Shown here: positions 1-7,468 of the stretch, piece after piece
How the letters are laid out: each line of letters starts with the position of its first letter
Position numbering within the stretch: position 1 is the stretch's first letter
From: an uncultured Candidatus Saccharibacteria bacterium
GTDB lineage: Bacteria > Patescibacteriota > Saccharimonadia > Saccharimonadales > Saccharimonadaceae
Assembly: GCA_964348695.1 (NCBI GenBank)
Contig: CAYGDI010000001.1
Span: 159,473-223,472 of the forward strand
Length of the DNA stretch: 64,000 nt
Reading direction: 5' to 3'
Made by a program: the position numbers and the translations under genes
Notes under the pieces: generated by a model
Database searches by the model: none
Told to the model about the DNA's origin: nothing
What the model saw: the letters and a program-made list of their open reading frames with translations, nothing else

Positions 1-725
1 AGGTAGAGGTATTACCCACTGGTGTTGATGCGCTGCCTCAAGCATCGTCGCAAGAAGTTGAGGTATTTAGAGCTCGATACGGCTTCAGTCAAGATGACAA
101 GATCGTGACGTATGTAGGACGTCTTGGGGCAGAAAAAAACCTGGCAAGTCTGATTCCTATGATCGAGCAAGTTCTCGCTACAGAACCACATGCAAAATTG
201 CTCTATGTTGGTGATTTTGAATACAAAAAAACACTTGAAGAGCTCGCTGCTGCTTCGAGTGCTAAAGATGCTATTGTTTTCACTGGTGCTCTTCCCCGTC
301 ATACGCTGGGGGTTGTATACCAGGCTAGTTCGGTATTTGTTTTTCCCTCACTCACCGATACTCAAGGTCTTGTGCTGCACGAAGCGGCACTGGCTGGGCT
401 GCCGATTGTATTGATCGATGGCGCTGTTACAGAAGTTGTCAAAGACACTGAAAATGGTTTTGTTGTTGATAATAATCCAAATTCAATGGCGGAGAGGGTG
501 GCTTTTTTGCTAAGTGATGAACCAACGCGTAAAGCTTTTGGTCGTCAAAGTCGTCAACTTGCTGGCCAGTTCACGGAAACAAAACAAACTAAAAAGCTCG
601 AACAGCTCTATCAACGAGCACTCAAGCAGCACAGTGCGGATCGTCGCTCGACGATGCAAAAAGTATATCGTCGTATTGTCACTATGCGAGACAAGATATT
701 TGCAAAAATAGATTCTGGACAATAA
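1..725 (+). CDS. glycosyltransferase, GT-B fold (family 1/4-like), C-terminal part; 5' end lies outside the window
   Basis: Frame 3 is open from the window edge. The translation ...KIVTYVGRLGAEKN...VFVFPSLTDTQGLVLHEAALAGLPIV... matches the typical GT1/GT4 donor-binding C-terminal domain. Confidence 0.8.
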   Translation, partial: VEVLPTGVDALPQASSQEVEVFRARYGFSQDDKIVTYVGRLGAEKNLASLIPMIEQVLATEPHAKLLYVGDFEYKKTLEELAAASSAKDAIVFTGALPRHTLGVVYQASSVFVFPSLTDTQGLVLHEAALAGLPIVLIDGAVTEVVKDTENGFVVDNNPNSMAERVAFLLSDEPTRKAFGRQSRQLAGQFTETKQTKKLEQLYQRALKQHSADRRSTMQKVYRRIVTMRDKIFAKIDSGQ

Positions 726-1194
726 AAAAACCCCGAGAAGCGAGTGACATAGCGCCCGGTAGGGCTGTGGTGGTCATGTCGGGTTGACCACTGAATCTTG
801 CGTCCTCCTAGAGCTGCAAGATGCTATGTTTTAGCGACCATTTCTGTGGTTCGCTTCACTCGTTTCTCGGGTTGTGCGCACTTGGCGCAATGCACACAGC
901 TCAGTGCGGTGTTGACTCGTGACTGGGGTGGTATCCCAGTACTCTCGACTTGCACGCTTTGGCAAAGTGGCGCGAGGCCAAAGCGGAGTCAACGCAAGGT
1001 TTACTGTAGCTATCCACGGGCCTCCGTATTGCCCTGGATTTTGGTGGTGGAAGATTGCCCGTTGTTACATCGCTGCGCAGGCTCGTAAAGTACGATCTTT
1101 GTAGCAAGGTCACAACGAGTTTCTCGCAATCGAGAGATCAAATGAACTCTCAACACACACGACAGTGATGTGATTTTTGGTCTCCACTATCGAC
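726..1194 (-). ncRNA. candidate structured ncRNA A (family unknown)
   Basis: GC-rich island with no protein-like ORF. Minus-strand sigma70-like promoter (TTGTTT-17 nt-TATACT at 1201-1229). Nested helices include gttgactc/gagtcaac enclosing two hairpins. The 3' domain is closed by a 16-bp helix (731-746 with 856-871) around three hairpins and is followed by a U7 tract. Confidence 0.45.
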
Positions 1195-1200
1195 AGCTGC

Positions 1201-1229
1201 AGTATACTACACCGATCTAAAAAAAACAA
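1201..1229 (-). promoter_or_regulatory. sigma70-like promoter for candidate ncRNA A
   Basis: Minus strand reads TTGTTT, a 17-nt spacer, then TATACT. The -10 lies inside the palindrome AGTATACT. No good -35 exists for the plus orientation. Confidence 0.4.
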
Positions 1230-1242
1230 GCTTTTTTGACAA

Positions 1243-1771
1243 AAAGAAGACCCCAGAGTCCTCTTAGCAGTGGGTTGTATGTCGCCTCGGTGGATGCGAC
1301 GACTGCTTGAGAGAGCTCTGGGGTTTGTTCCTGCTTACCTCGCGCGTCCCGTGGGGTAAGTTGTGAAACTGGGCTCGCTTCGCAGGTGACAGAAGATTTT
1401 CATCTCCGACTACTCCGCAGAGCAGTATACCTGTGAAGCGAGCGTACACATGTGAAACGACGACGGGAATCATCACATGTGTGTTTTCGGGTAAGCTTCC
1501 AGACTCAACCCGAAACTTGTAAACTTTCCCACCCCGTGACCGCTGCAGAAAACTGCGAGCGCCGTCTTCACCTGGTGTGGTGATTAGTACGAGACTACCC
1601 TTTCGGGATATCACGGAGCGGGTTGGAATCTGTCCTAGCATGTGGTCTTGCGATGCACATCATCCCAAAGGGAGTTCAAACCCAGAACAGATTCAGTGGA
1701 TCCATACCACCAACAGAAACGAGGTCATGATGACCCGCCCATCAACACAATGGAAACCTCCCATTGCATCA
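1243..1771 (-). ncRNA. candidate large structured ncRNA B (family unknown)
   Basis: About 530 nt, GC-rich, and the ORFs it contains are Arg/Ser/Cys-rich nonsense. It has its own promoter (TTGTCA-17-TATACT). Many helices are visible, including a 10-bp hairpin acacatgtga/tcacatgtgt, closing helices gaatctgt/acagattc and gctcgcttc/gaagcgagc, and two GAAA-capped hairpins. It ends in a long branched hairpin (1251-1323) plus a U-rich tract. Confidence 0.5.
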
Positions 1772-1777
1772 GTTGCT

Positions 1778-1806
1778 AGTATACTATCCCAAAATGCTAC
1801 TGACAA
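1778..1806 (-). promoter_or_regulatory. sigma70-like promoter for candidate ncRNA B
   Basis: Minus strand reads TTGTCA (1801-1806), a 17-nt spacer, then TATACT (1778-1783). The -35 is embedded in the nrdB terminator hairpin. Confidence 0.45.
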
Positions 1807-1816
1807 GCAGTAGCAT
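1790..1816 (-). terminator. intrinsic terminator after nrdB
   Basis: Hairpin atgctactg-cttg-cagtagcat followed by UUUU on the minus strand, 20 nt after the nrdB stop. Confidence 0.45.
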
Positions 1817-1835
1817 GATATGAGCTGGTTGGTGT

Positions 1836-2834
1836 TTATTTTTTGCTACTACTGGAGTTTACTTCGTAGCTGGTATTGGTGCTCTCGAAGAAGTTGACGA
1901 GCTCTAGGGTGTCGTTGGCTGCAGCCATCCATTTGGCTGGATTGCTGACTTTGTAGTGTGCGCCAAATCCAAGTTCTTCAAGACGACGGTCGGCCAAGTA
2001 TTTGACATATTGGTTGATGTAATCAGCGTTTAGCCCCAGGATGCCGTGCGGCAGTAGGTCTTTGTTGTAGTCTTCTTCCATTTCTACTCCGTCGAGGATC
2101 ATTTGTTTGATCTCGGCTGCGAATTCTTCGGTCTGTAGGTCTGGGTTTTCTTCTAGTACGGTTAGGATCAAATTGATACCAAATTTTAGGTGTAGACTTT
2201 CGTCGCGGACTACCCAATCGATGAGGCTACCAAAGTTGCGCAGGAGATTTCGTTGTCGGAAGCTGAGAGCTACCATGAATCCGCTATAGAACCACAGGCC
2301 TTCGAGAATGATGTTGTAGGCTACTAGGTTTCGGACAAAATCTTTTTTGCCTTCTGTGCTGGTGATGTCGATTTTTTCCTCAGTCATACGTCGGATGTAT
2401 TTGACTTCAAAATCTTCTTTTTTGGCCATTGAGGGCACGTCTATATGAGCGTCGTAGGCTTGTTCTCGATCGAGGGGAAATGTCTCGAGTACGTATTCGA
2501 ATGCCATACAGTGGTTGGCTTCTTCCCACATTTGCTTAGCGATGTACATGTGAGCTTCGGGTGCGTTGATATAAGGGTAGACACCAAAGGCCAGGGCTTT
2601 GTTGACGATGAGTTCGTTGGGGTTAAAATAACTCATGAGAAACTGCACAGCATGGCGCTCTTCGTCGCTCATTTTGCGCCAGTCGGCAACATCTTGACCT
2701 AGCTGGATTTCGTTTGGAAACCACGTATTGGCAACGGCTTGTTCGTAGAGATCATACGCCCATTGATATCGAATTGGTTTGAGACGCAGACCGTCCTGAA
2801 TGCCTGTACCTAAGATGCCTTTTGATTTGCTCAT
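1836..2834 (-). CDS. nrdB: ribonucleotide reductase class Ia beta subunit
   Basis: 332 aa with di-iron ligand motifs (EEANHCMAFEY, VRDESLHLKF). RBS GGGGAGAAAT lies upstream of the ATG. Adjacent to nrdA. Confidence 0.95.
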   Translation of the reverse strand: MSKSKGILGTGIQDGLRLKPIRYQWAYDLYEQAVANTWFPNEIQLGQDVADWRKMSDEERHAVQFLMSYFNPNELIVNKALAFGVYPYINAPEAHMYIAKQMWEEANHCMAFEYVLETFPLDREQAYDAHIDVPSMAKKEDFEVKYIRRMTEEKIDITSTEGKKDFVRNLVAYNIILEGLWFYSGFMVALSFRQRNLLRNFGSLIDWVVRDESLHLKFGINLILTVLEENPDLQTEEFAAEIKQMILDGVEMEEDYNKDLLPHGILGLNADYINQYVKYLADRRLEELGFGAHYKVSNPAKWMAAANDTLELVNFFESTNTSYEVNSSSSKK

Positions 2835-2855
2835 ATTTCTCCCCTGTTTATTATT

Positions 2856-3026
2856 TTATTGACAACCGTCACAAGCGAGTTCGTCTTGTGGGTCGATCAA
2901 AGACTGCATGTTGATATTGCTCGTACTCTGATTGCTCACACCTTGTGCTTGCATCTCAGCCAATGCTTCCTGGATAGCTTTCATCCGGAGCTCTATTTCT
3001 TCTTGTGTTTCTTGTTGTGGACTCAT
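2856..3026 (-). CDS. 56-aa protein with a C-terminal CxxC tail (MSPQQETQEE...DPQDELACDGCQ); absent from the ORF track
   Basis: ATG at 3026 is preceded by AGGGGGAAAA. The stop is 21 nt before the nrdB RBS. It sits between nrdA and nrdB on the same strand. Confidence 0.55.
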   Translation of the reverse strand: MSPQQETQEEIELRMKAIQEALAEMQAQGVSNQSTSNINMQSLIDPQDELACDGCQ

Positions 3027-3086
3027 TTTTCCCCCTACTTATGTTTGATTGTTTTATTTTTTGAGCTATTCGTCGTGATCCATATC

Positions 3087-5486
3087 TTACCCCCGTGCTC
3101 CGAAGCCAAAGCCGAAGCCTCCAGCTTTTGTTTTTGTTATCTCTTCTGCCTTGTTGACTTTTGTGGTTGCTTGTTCGGCCTGGTGACGTGGTTTGACATG
3201 TAGGTAGTAGGTCGTCTTTAAGCCTTTTTTCCATGCGGTCGAATAGATGTCTACCATATCGTCGATGTCGCGGGTCTCTAGGTACATGTTACGGCTAATT
3301 GCTTGGTCTACCCACTTTTGGGCGCGGCCGGCTACTTCGATAAAGGCCATTGGTGACAGCTGAAAACTGGTTTTGTATACGTCTTTTAAGTGCTGTGGAA
3401 TAGCACGAATCTCTGTGAGATCGCCCTGGTATTGCAGGACTTCGTCTTTGACGTCGTTCCAAATGCCGAGAGCTTTGAGGTCATTGACGAGATTGACATT
3501 GACTTCTAGGAATTTGCCGTTTAGGGTTGAGCGGCTAAATATCTGTGAAAACTGTGGGTCTAGGCCTGGTGTTGTACCAGCAACGTGAGCGATATTAGCC
3601 GTTGGCGCGATAGCCATCAGTGTTGCATTGCGCATGCCTTTTTTGACTTTTCCTCTGAGTTTTTCCCAGTCTAGACGAGTCTTGCGGTTGATATCTACAC
3701 TTACTTTGCGGTCGATACTAGCGAGTTCAACAGTGTCAATTGGCACTAAACCTTTGCTCCATCCGCTGCCTTTGAACATTGGGTATGGTCCACGTTCTTT
3801 AGCGAGGTTAGCTGATTCGTCGATTGCCTGGTAACTGATGAATTCTACTAGTTTGTCGATGAGCTCGTAAGCTTCTTCGGATTCGTAACTATAGCCTAAT
3901 TTCTCTATAACATCTGTAAAGCCCATTACACCTAGTCCGATTGCGCGGTTTTGTTGGTTGGAATGCATTGCCTCTTTGACGGGTGTATTGGTGATATCCA
4001 CCAGGTTGTCGAGTTGACGAACCGCAGAACGGGTACTGGCATCTAGTCTTGTCCAGTCAAAATCTTTTTTCTCTGGTATGTAGTGCGCAGCGAGATTGAC
4101 ACTGACAAGGTTGCAAACCGCGGTATTTTCTTTGTCTTGCGGCAAAGTTATCTCGGTACATAGGTTTGAAAGATGTATTGTACCGGTGTTGTTGTTGAGT
4201 GCGCGGACATTGATAGTGTCTTTCCAGGTGAGCCATGGGTGGCTGGTAGCCTGCAGTACTATGAGGATTTGGCGGAACTGTTCACGGGCTTTTGTTTTTT
4301 CAAATGTACGCATCTCGCCTGCATCTGCTAGTTTGATGTACTCGGCGTAGCGTTTGCTAAAAGCGCTGCCATAGAGTTCACATAGATCAGGTGTGTCAGC
4401 TGGGTCGAACAGATACCAATCTTCGTCGTTGTCGACGCGTCGCATGAATTCATCTGATATCCATGCTGCGGTGTTGGCGGTTCGTACACGTAGGTATGGG
4501 TCGCCAGAGTTTTGTTTGAGATCGAGAAATTGTGGGAAATTGAGGTGCCAATTTTCCATATAAAATGCTAGTGCACCCGCCTTTTTGCCCTTTCGACTGA
4601 CAGCTCGCAGAGCTGCATCAACGACATTCATAAATGGTATTGGGCCAGTTGAGACTGTATTGGTGCTCTTGACTGGGCTGCCTTCGGCGCGGAGTTTGTT
4701 CATGGACAGTCCAATACCGCCGGTGCCTTTTGATATCCACATGACGTCGCTGACAGTTTTTGCGATTGAGTCCATTTCATCCTGGGTCTCCATGACGAAA
4801 CAGTTGGAAAGTTGCGGAAAAGCCCCGCCAGCATTGACTCGAGTTGATCCACCAGGTATGTAGTCAAACCTACTCATGTGCTCGTAAAATTTGAGTGCTG
4901 CTTCGGTTGGGTTCTTTTCGTTAAAACTAAGTCCCATCGCTATACGCATCATGGTAAACTGAGGTGTTTCGATAGGTTCTCCATCTTGTTTTCTTAGGGC
5001 GTAGCGGTTTTTACTAGTGATAACACCTAGGTATTTCATCAGTTGATCACGACTTGGATCGATTGCGGCCGCAAGTTTTTTGACATCAAAAAGCTTGCTG
5101 TCTCCCATGCGACGATCGAGGAGTTTGTCTTTGACTCCTTCCCTAATATACGCAGGGAACTTTTTCTGGTGTAGTTTGATGAGCTCTTCATCGTTCTCGT
5201 AATCCCCGAGAACATTTTTGTAGATGGTTTTTAATAATAATCTTGCGGCAATAATATCAAAGTCTGGATCATCTTTGACATTTTGGAGAGCTGCATGTAT
5301 GACGGCTTCGTCTAGTTGTGTCGTTGTGATGCCATCAAACAATGTCAAACTCACCTCTGTTGCAACTTGGATAACTTTTGATATCTGATCATCAAGTCCA
5401 CGCGATGCTCTCTCTAGCGCGCGGTTGATCTTGTCTGCGTTGTACGGCTCTTTTGCACCGTCAATTTTTGTGACTGAAATGTCCAC
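3087..5486 (-). CDS. nrdA: ribonucleotide reductase class Ia alpha subunit with N-terminal ATP-cone
   Basis: 799 aa. ATP-cone (VTKIDGAKEPYNADKINRALERA) and catalytic core motifs (NLCTEI, PTANIA). GTG start follows GGAGGG plus 9 nt. The C-terminal 60 aa contain no cysteine. Confidence 0.95.
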   Translation of the reverse strand: MDISVTKIDGAKEPYNADKINRALERASRGLDDQISKVIQVATEVSLTLFDGITTTQLDEAVIHAALQNVKDDPDFDIIAARLLLKTIYKNVLGDYENDEELIKLHQKKFPAYIREGVKDKLLDRRMGDSKLFDVKKLAAAIDPSRDQLMKYLGVITSKNRYALRKQDGEPIETPQFTMMRIAMGLSFNEKNPTEAALKFYEHMSRFDYIPGGSTRVNAGGAFPQLSNCFVMETQDEMDSIAKTVSDVMWISKGTGGIGLSMNKLRAEGSPVKSTNTVSTGPIPFMNVVDAALRAVSRKGKKAGALAFYMENWHLNFPQFLDLKQNSGDPYLRVRTANTAAWISDEFMRRVDNDEDWYLFDPADTPDLCELYGSAFSKRYAEYIKLADAGEMRTFEKTKAREQFRQILIVLQATSHPWLTWKDTINVRALNNNTGTIHLSNLCTEITLPQDKENTAVCNLVSVNLAAHYIPEKKDFDWTRLDASTRSAVRQLDNLVDITNTPVKEAMHSNQQNRAIGLGVMGFTDVIEKLGYSYESEEAYELIDKLVEFISYQAIDESANLAKERGPYPMFKGSGWSKGLVPIDTVELASIDRKVSVDINRKTRLDWEKLRGKVKKGMRNATLMAIAPTANIAHVAGTTPGLDPQFSQIFSRSTLNGKFLEVNVNLVNDLKALGIWNDVKDEVLQYQGDLTEIRAIPQHLKDVYKTSFQLSPMAFIEVAGRAQKWVDQAISRNMYLETRDIDDMVDIYSTAWKKGLKTTYYLHVKPRHQAEQATTKVNKAEEITKTKAGGFGFGFGARG

Positions 5487-5618
5487 TTTCCTAGACCCTC
5501 CATTTATTTATATGATTTTTGTATTGGACCACACCTCCCAAGCAGACATAAGGTCTCGCAAGCCCCTTCTGCTCTACGGCCGAAAACACCCTCTTACCCT
5601 CAGTGCTTCCGGGCTAAA

Positions 5619-5674
5619 TATACTATATCTAGCGCTTATGTTCCATAGTAATACCCTACATATGCTGTTGTCAA
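5619..5674 (-). promoter_or_regulatory. nrdA promoter (TTGACA-18-TACTAT) with two candidate NrdR-box-like palindromes
   Basis: ATACTATATCTAGCGC (5619-5634) matches about 12/16 of the remembered NrdR box acaCwAtATaTwGtgt. A weaker CTACATATG (5656-5664) lies about 32 bp away, inside the promoter spacer. Confidence 0.3.
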
Positions 5675-5727
5675 CGGTTTTATGCTGCAGAATGTACAAC
5701 GAATTTACCTCTGAAAAGTGGGTAAAA

Positions 5728-5994
5728 CTAAGCTTTTTTATTCAGCGCAGCGTCTATTCCAGGCCGGTCAAATCCCAAAATTATTTCGCCGTTTACGTCA
5801 CTAGTGGGTACTCCACGGAAATTGTCACGTCCACCGATTTTATCCATCAGTTCGTGGTATGCTGCTTCGTCTTTTTCTATATCTTTTGTGACGAAACGGA
5901 CGCCTTTTTTCTCCAAATATTGCTCCAAACTATGACAAAACCCGCACCAACTAGTGCTATATATAGTAACTTGCGGTGTTCCCTCCTCGCTCAT
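5728..5994 (-). CDS. glutaredoxin-family thiol-disulfide protein (CGFC active site)
   Basis: 88 aa starting at the internal ATG 5994: VTIYSTSWCGFCHSLEQYL...GVPTSDVNGEIILGF. Thioredoxin fold pattern. Lies upstream of nrdA. Confidence 0.8.
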   Translation of the reverse strand: MSEEGTPQVTIYSTSWCGFCHSLEQYLEKKGVRFVTKDIEKDEAAYHELMDKIGGRDNFRGVPTSDVNGEIILGFDRPGIDAALNKKA

Positions 5995-6052
5995 GTATAT
6001 ATTGTAACATTCTAGCTTTGATTTTGGATATTTGTTATACTGCATAGAAGTA

Positions 6053-6295
6053 ATGGTGAGTAAAAAAGCAAAAAAATCTACGACTCCGAGTGCTAACGAT
6101 GTGTTAGTTCTTTTTGGTACGGTCGCTGATACTACATGGCGAATGTTCGTTCCGACTATTGGTGGACTAGCGCTTGGGTTGTGGGCAGATAGTGTATTTT
6201 CTATCTCTCCTCTGTTGGCGATTACAGGGGTATGTATTGGCGCGATTGCCAGTCTAGGATTGGTTTTTGTGCAAGTTAAAGGGATATCCAAATGA
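6053..6295 (+). CDS. AtpZ/AtpI-like small membrane protein of the ATP synthase operon
   Basis: 80 aa with two TM segments (TIGGLALGLWADSVF...). Its stop overlaps the atpB start (ATGA). TGTTATACT lies 11 nt upstream of the ATG. Confidence 0.6.
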   Translation: MVSKKAKKSTTPSANDVLVLFGTVADTTWRMFVPTIGGLALGLWADSVFSISPLLAITGVCIGAIASLGLVFVQVKGISK

Positions 6296-7083
6296 TTGGT
6301 TTGTTTGCTGCTGCCGAGACGCCACACATTAGCCTTGCCGCCGAGAAGCTTTTTACAGTTGCTGGTGTGCCAGTAACTAACAGTATGATGATGGGTGTGA
6401 TCGGCTATTCAATTGTGCTGGCGCTGCTACTGTATGTAGCGTTTGCAATACGTCGAAGTCGTATGAACAAACTGGTTATCGCTGTGCAGTGGATATATGA
6501 AATGCTGCTCGGTACTATAGAACAAGTGATCCCTGACAAAACTATTGCTAGACGGCTCTCTCCTCTAGTGATCACATTGTTCTTCTGTATTGTGATCAAT
6601 TATTGGCTGGGTGTACTGCCGATCGTTGGTGAATCGGTGACATACAACGGCACACCGCTATTCCGACCATTACCATCTGATATGAATGTGACCTTTGCAC
6701 TGGCTATTATCAGCATGATCACGGCGCAAATATACGCGATACGAGTGCACGGAGTGTTTGGTAATGCCAAGCGTTATCTGAAAAACCCGATCAAAGATCC
6801 AACAGGTGCTTTTGAGGGTGTATTGGAATTTATCGCTGAGTTTTCTCGTGGTACGGCGCTTAGTTTGCGTCTTTTTGGTAATGTATTCGCAGGTGAAGTC
6901 CTATTGGTAATGGTGGGTTTTATGACAAGCTATTTTGCACCACTTTCACTGCCCGTCTTTTTACTTTTCGAGCTGTTCATGGGTGCAATTCAGGCCTATG
7001 TTTTCTTCATGCTAACAGTGGTATTTGTGAGTTTGGCAGTTTCGCATCACGGCGATGACCATGCGACACAATCTAGCCACTAG
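6292..7083 (+). CDS. atpB: F0F1 ATP synthase subunit a
   Basis: 263 aa polytopic protein with LSLRLFGNVFAGEVLL (conserved Arg helix). Confidence 0.92.
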   Translation: MIGLFAAAETPHISLAAEKLFTVAGVPVTNSMMMGVIGYSIVLALLLYVAFAIRRSRMNKLVIAVQWIYEMLLGTIEQVIPDKTIARRLSPLVITLFFCIVINYWLGVLPIVGESVTYNGTPLFRPLPSDMNVTFALAIISMITAQIYAIRVHGVFGNAKRYLKNPIKDPTGAFEGVLEFIAEFSRGTALSLRLFGNVFAGEVLLVMVGFMTSYFAPLSLPVFLLFELFMGAIQAYVFFMLTVVFVSLAVSHHGDDHATQSSH

Positions 7084-7158
7084 ATCTTTGGTGGTATAAT
7101 TGGTGGGTAATGTACTTTTGGCATTTGGCTAAAGGGCTGTTAGCAAGGTGGTGAAAAA

Positions 7159-7371
7159 GTGGGAGAAGTTGAAGTCACAATTCCGTCTCCATGGATCGGG
7201 CTGATGATTGCCTTGGCAGTGCTGGGTTGTTGGCTGTGGCTTAGCTGGTTGTTTGTCAAACACATAGCCTGGCCATGGATTGATGGCAAGTTTGCTCGCT
7301 GGGAAGCGAATCAAAAAGCGATGATCGACCAGAAATATGACCACACAGGTCATTCGGGGAGTGAGCAGTGA
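7159..7371 (+). CDS. hypothetical small membrane protein
   Basis: GTG start follows AGGTGG plus 7 nt. One Trp-rich TM segment. Promoter-like TGGTATAAT at about 7092-7100. Confidence 0.45.
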   Translation: MGEVEVTIPSPWIGLMIALAVLGCWLWLSWLFVKHIAWPWIDGKFARWEANQKAMIDQKYDHTGHSGSEQ

Positions 7372-7468
7372 TGCTCCTCCCCTTTTCTTTGTCAAGATGC
7401 TCATGCTTGCACCGCAATTTGCAGAGGAATAGACTATATAGTAGCAAAAGTATGAATGGAGGACTGCA

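Noticed and set aside
798-1113. ORFs 798..1088(+), 901..1113(-) and 919..1104(+) within the first GC-rich locus
   Set aside because: The translations are Arg/Cys/Ser/Pro-rich with no RBS and no domain pattern. The ORFs overlap each other on both strands, and the sequence is better explained by nested RNA helices.
726-1771. Attempt to call RNase P RNA, tmRNA or SRP RNA in the two non-coding loci
   Set aside because: I found no convincing GAGGAAAGUCCGG / ACAGAAxxCGGCUUA (RNase P), no GGGG...UUCGAC 5' end or T-arm plus CCACCA 3' end (tmRNA), and no GGAAGCAGC domain IV (SRP). Only weak partial resemblances appeared. A covariance-model search is needed before naming them.
1264-1813. ORFs 1264..1641(-) and 1577..1813(+)
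   Set aside because: Same reasoning as above: nonsense-like composition, no RBS, and they sit inside a helix-rich GC island bounded by a promoter and a terminator.
3027-3089. Possible stop-codon readthrough or split of nrdA into the downstream mini-ORF, which is in the same frame
   Set aside because: The 60-nt spacer contains three further in-frame stops (TAG, TAA, TAA), and the mini-ORF has its own strong RBS.
5487-5620. Cobalamin riboswitch in the nrdA 5' UTR
   Set aside because: There is no B12-box-like GCCACUG core or the conserved GGUGxxAAxUCC elements. The enzyme is class Ia and therefore B12-independent.
5425-6327. Long ORFs 5425..6015(+) and the 199-aa version of 5728..6327(-)
   Set aside because: The plus ORF is antisense to the glutaredoxin gene and the nrdA leader and has an odd composition. 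In the minus ORF only the last 88 aa (from the ATG at 5994) look like a thioredoxin-fold protein, and the upstream part overlaps the atpI-like gene.
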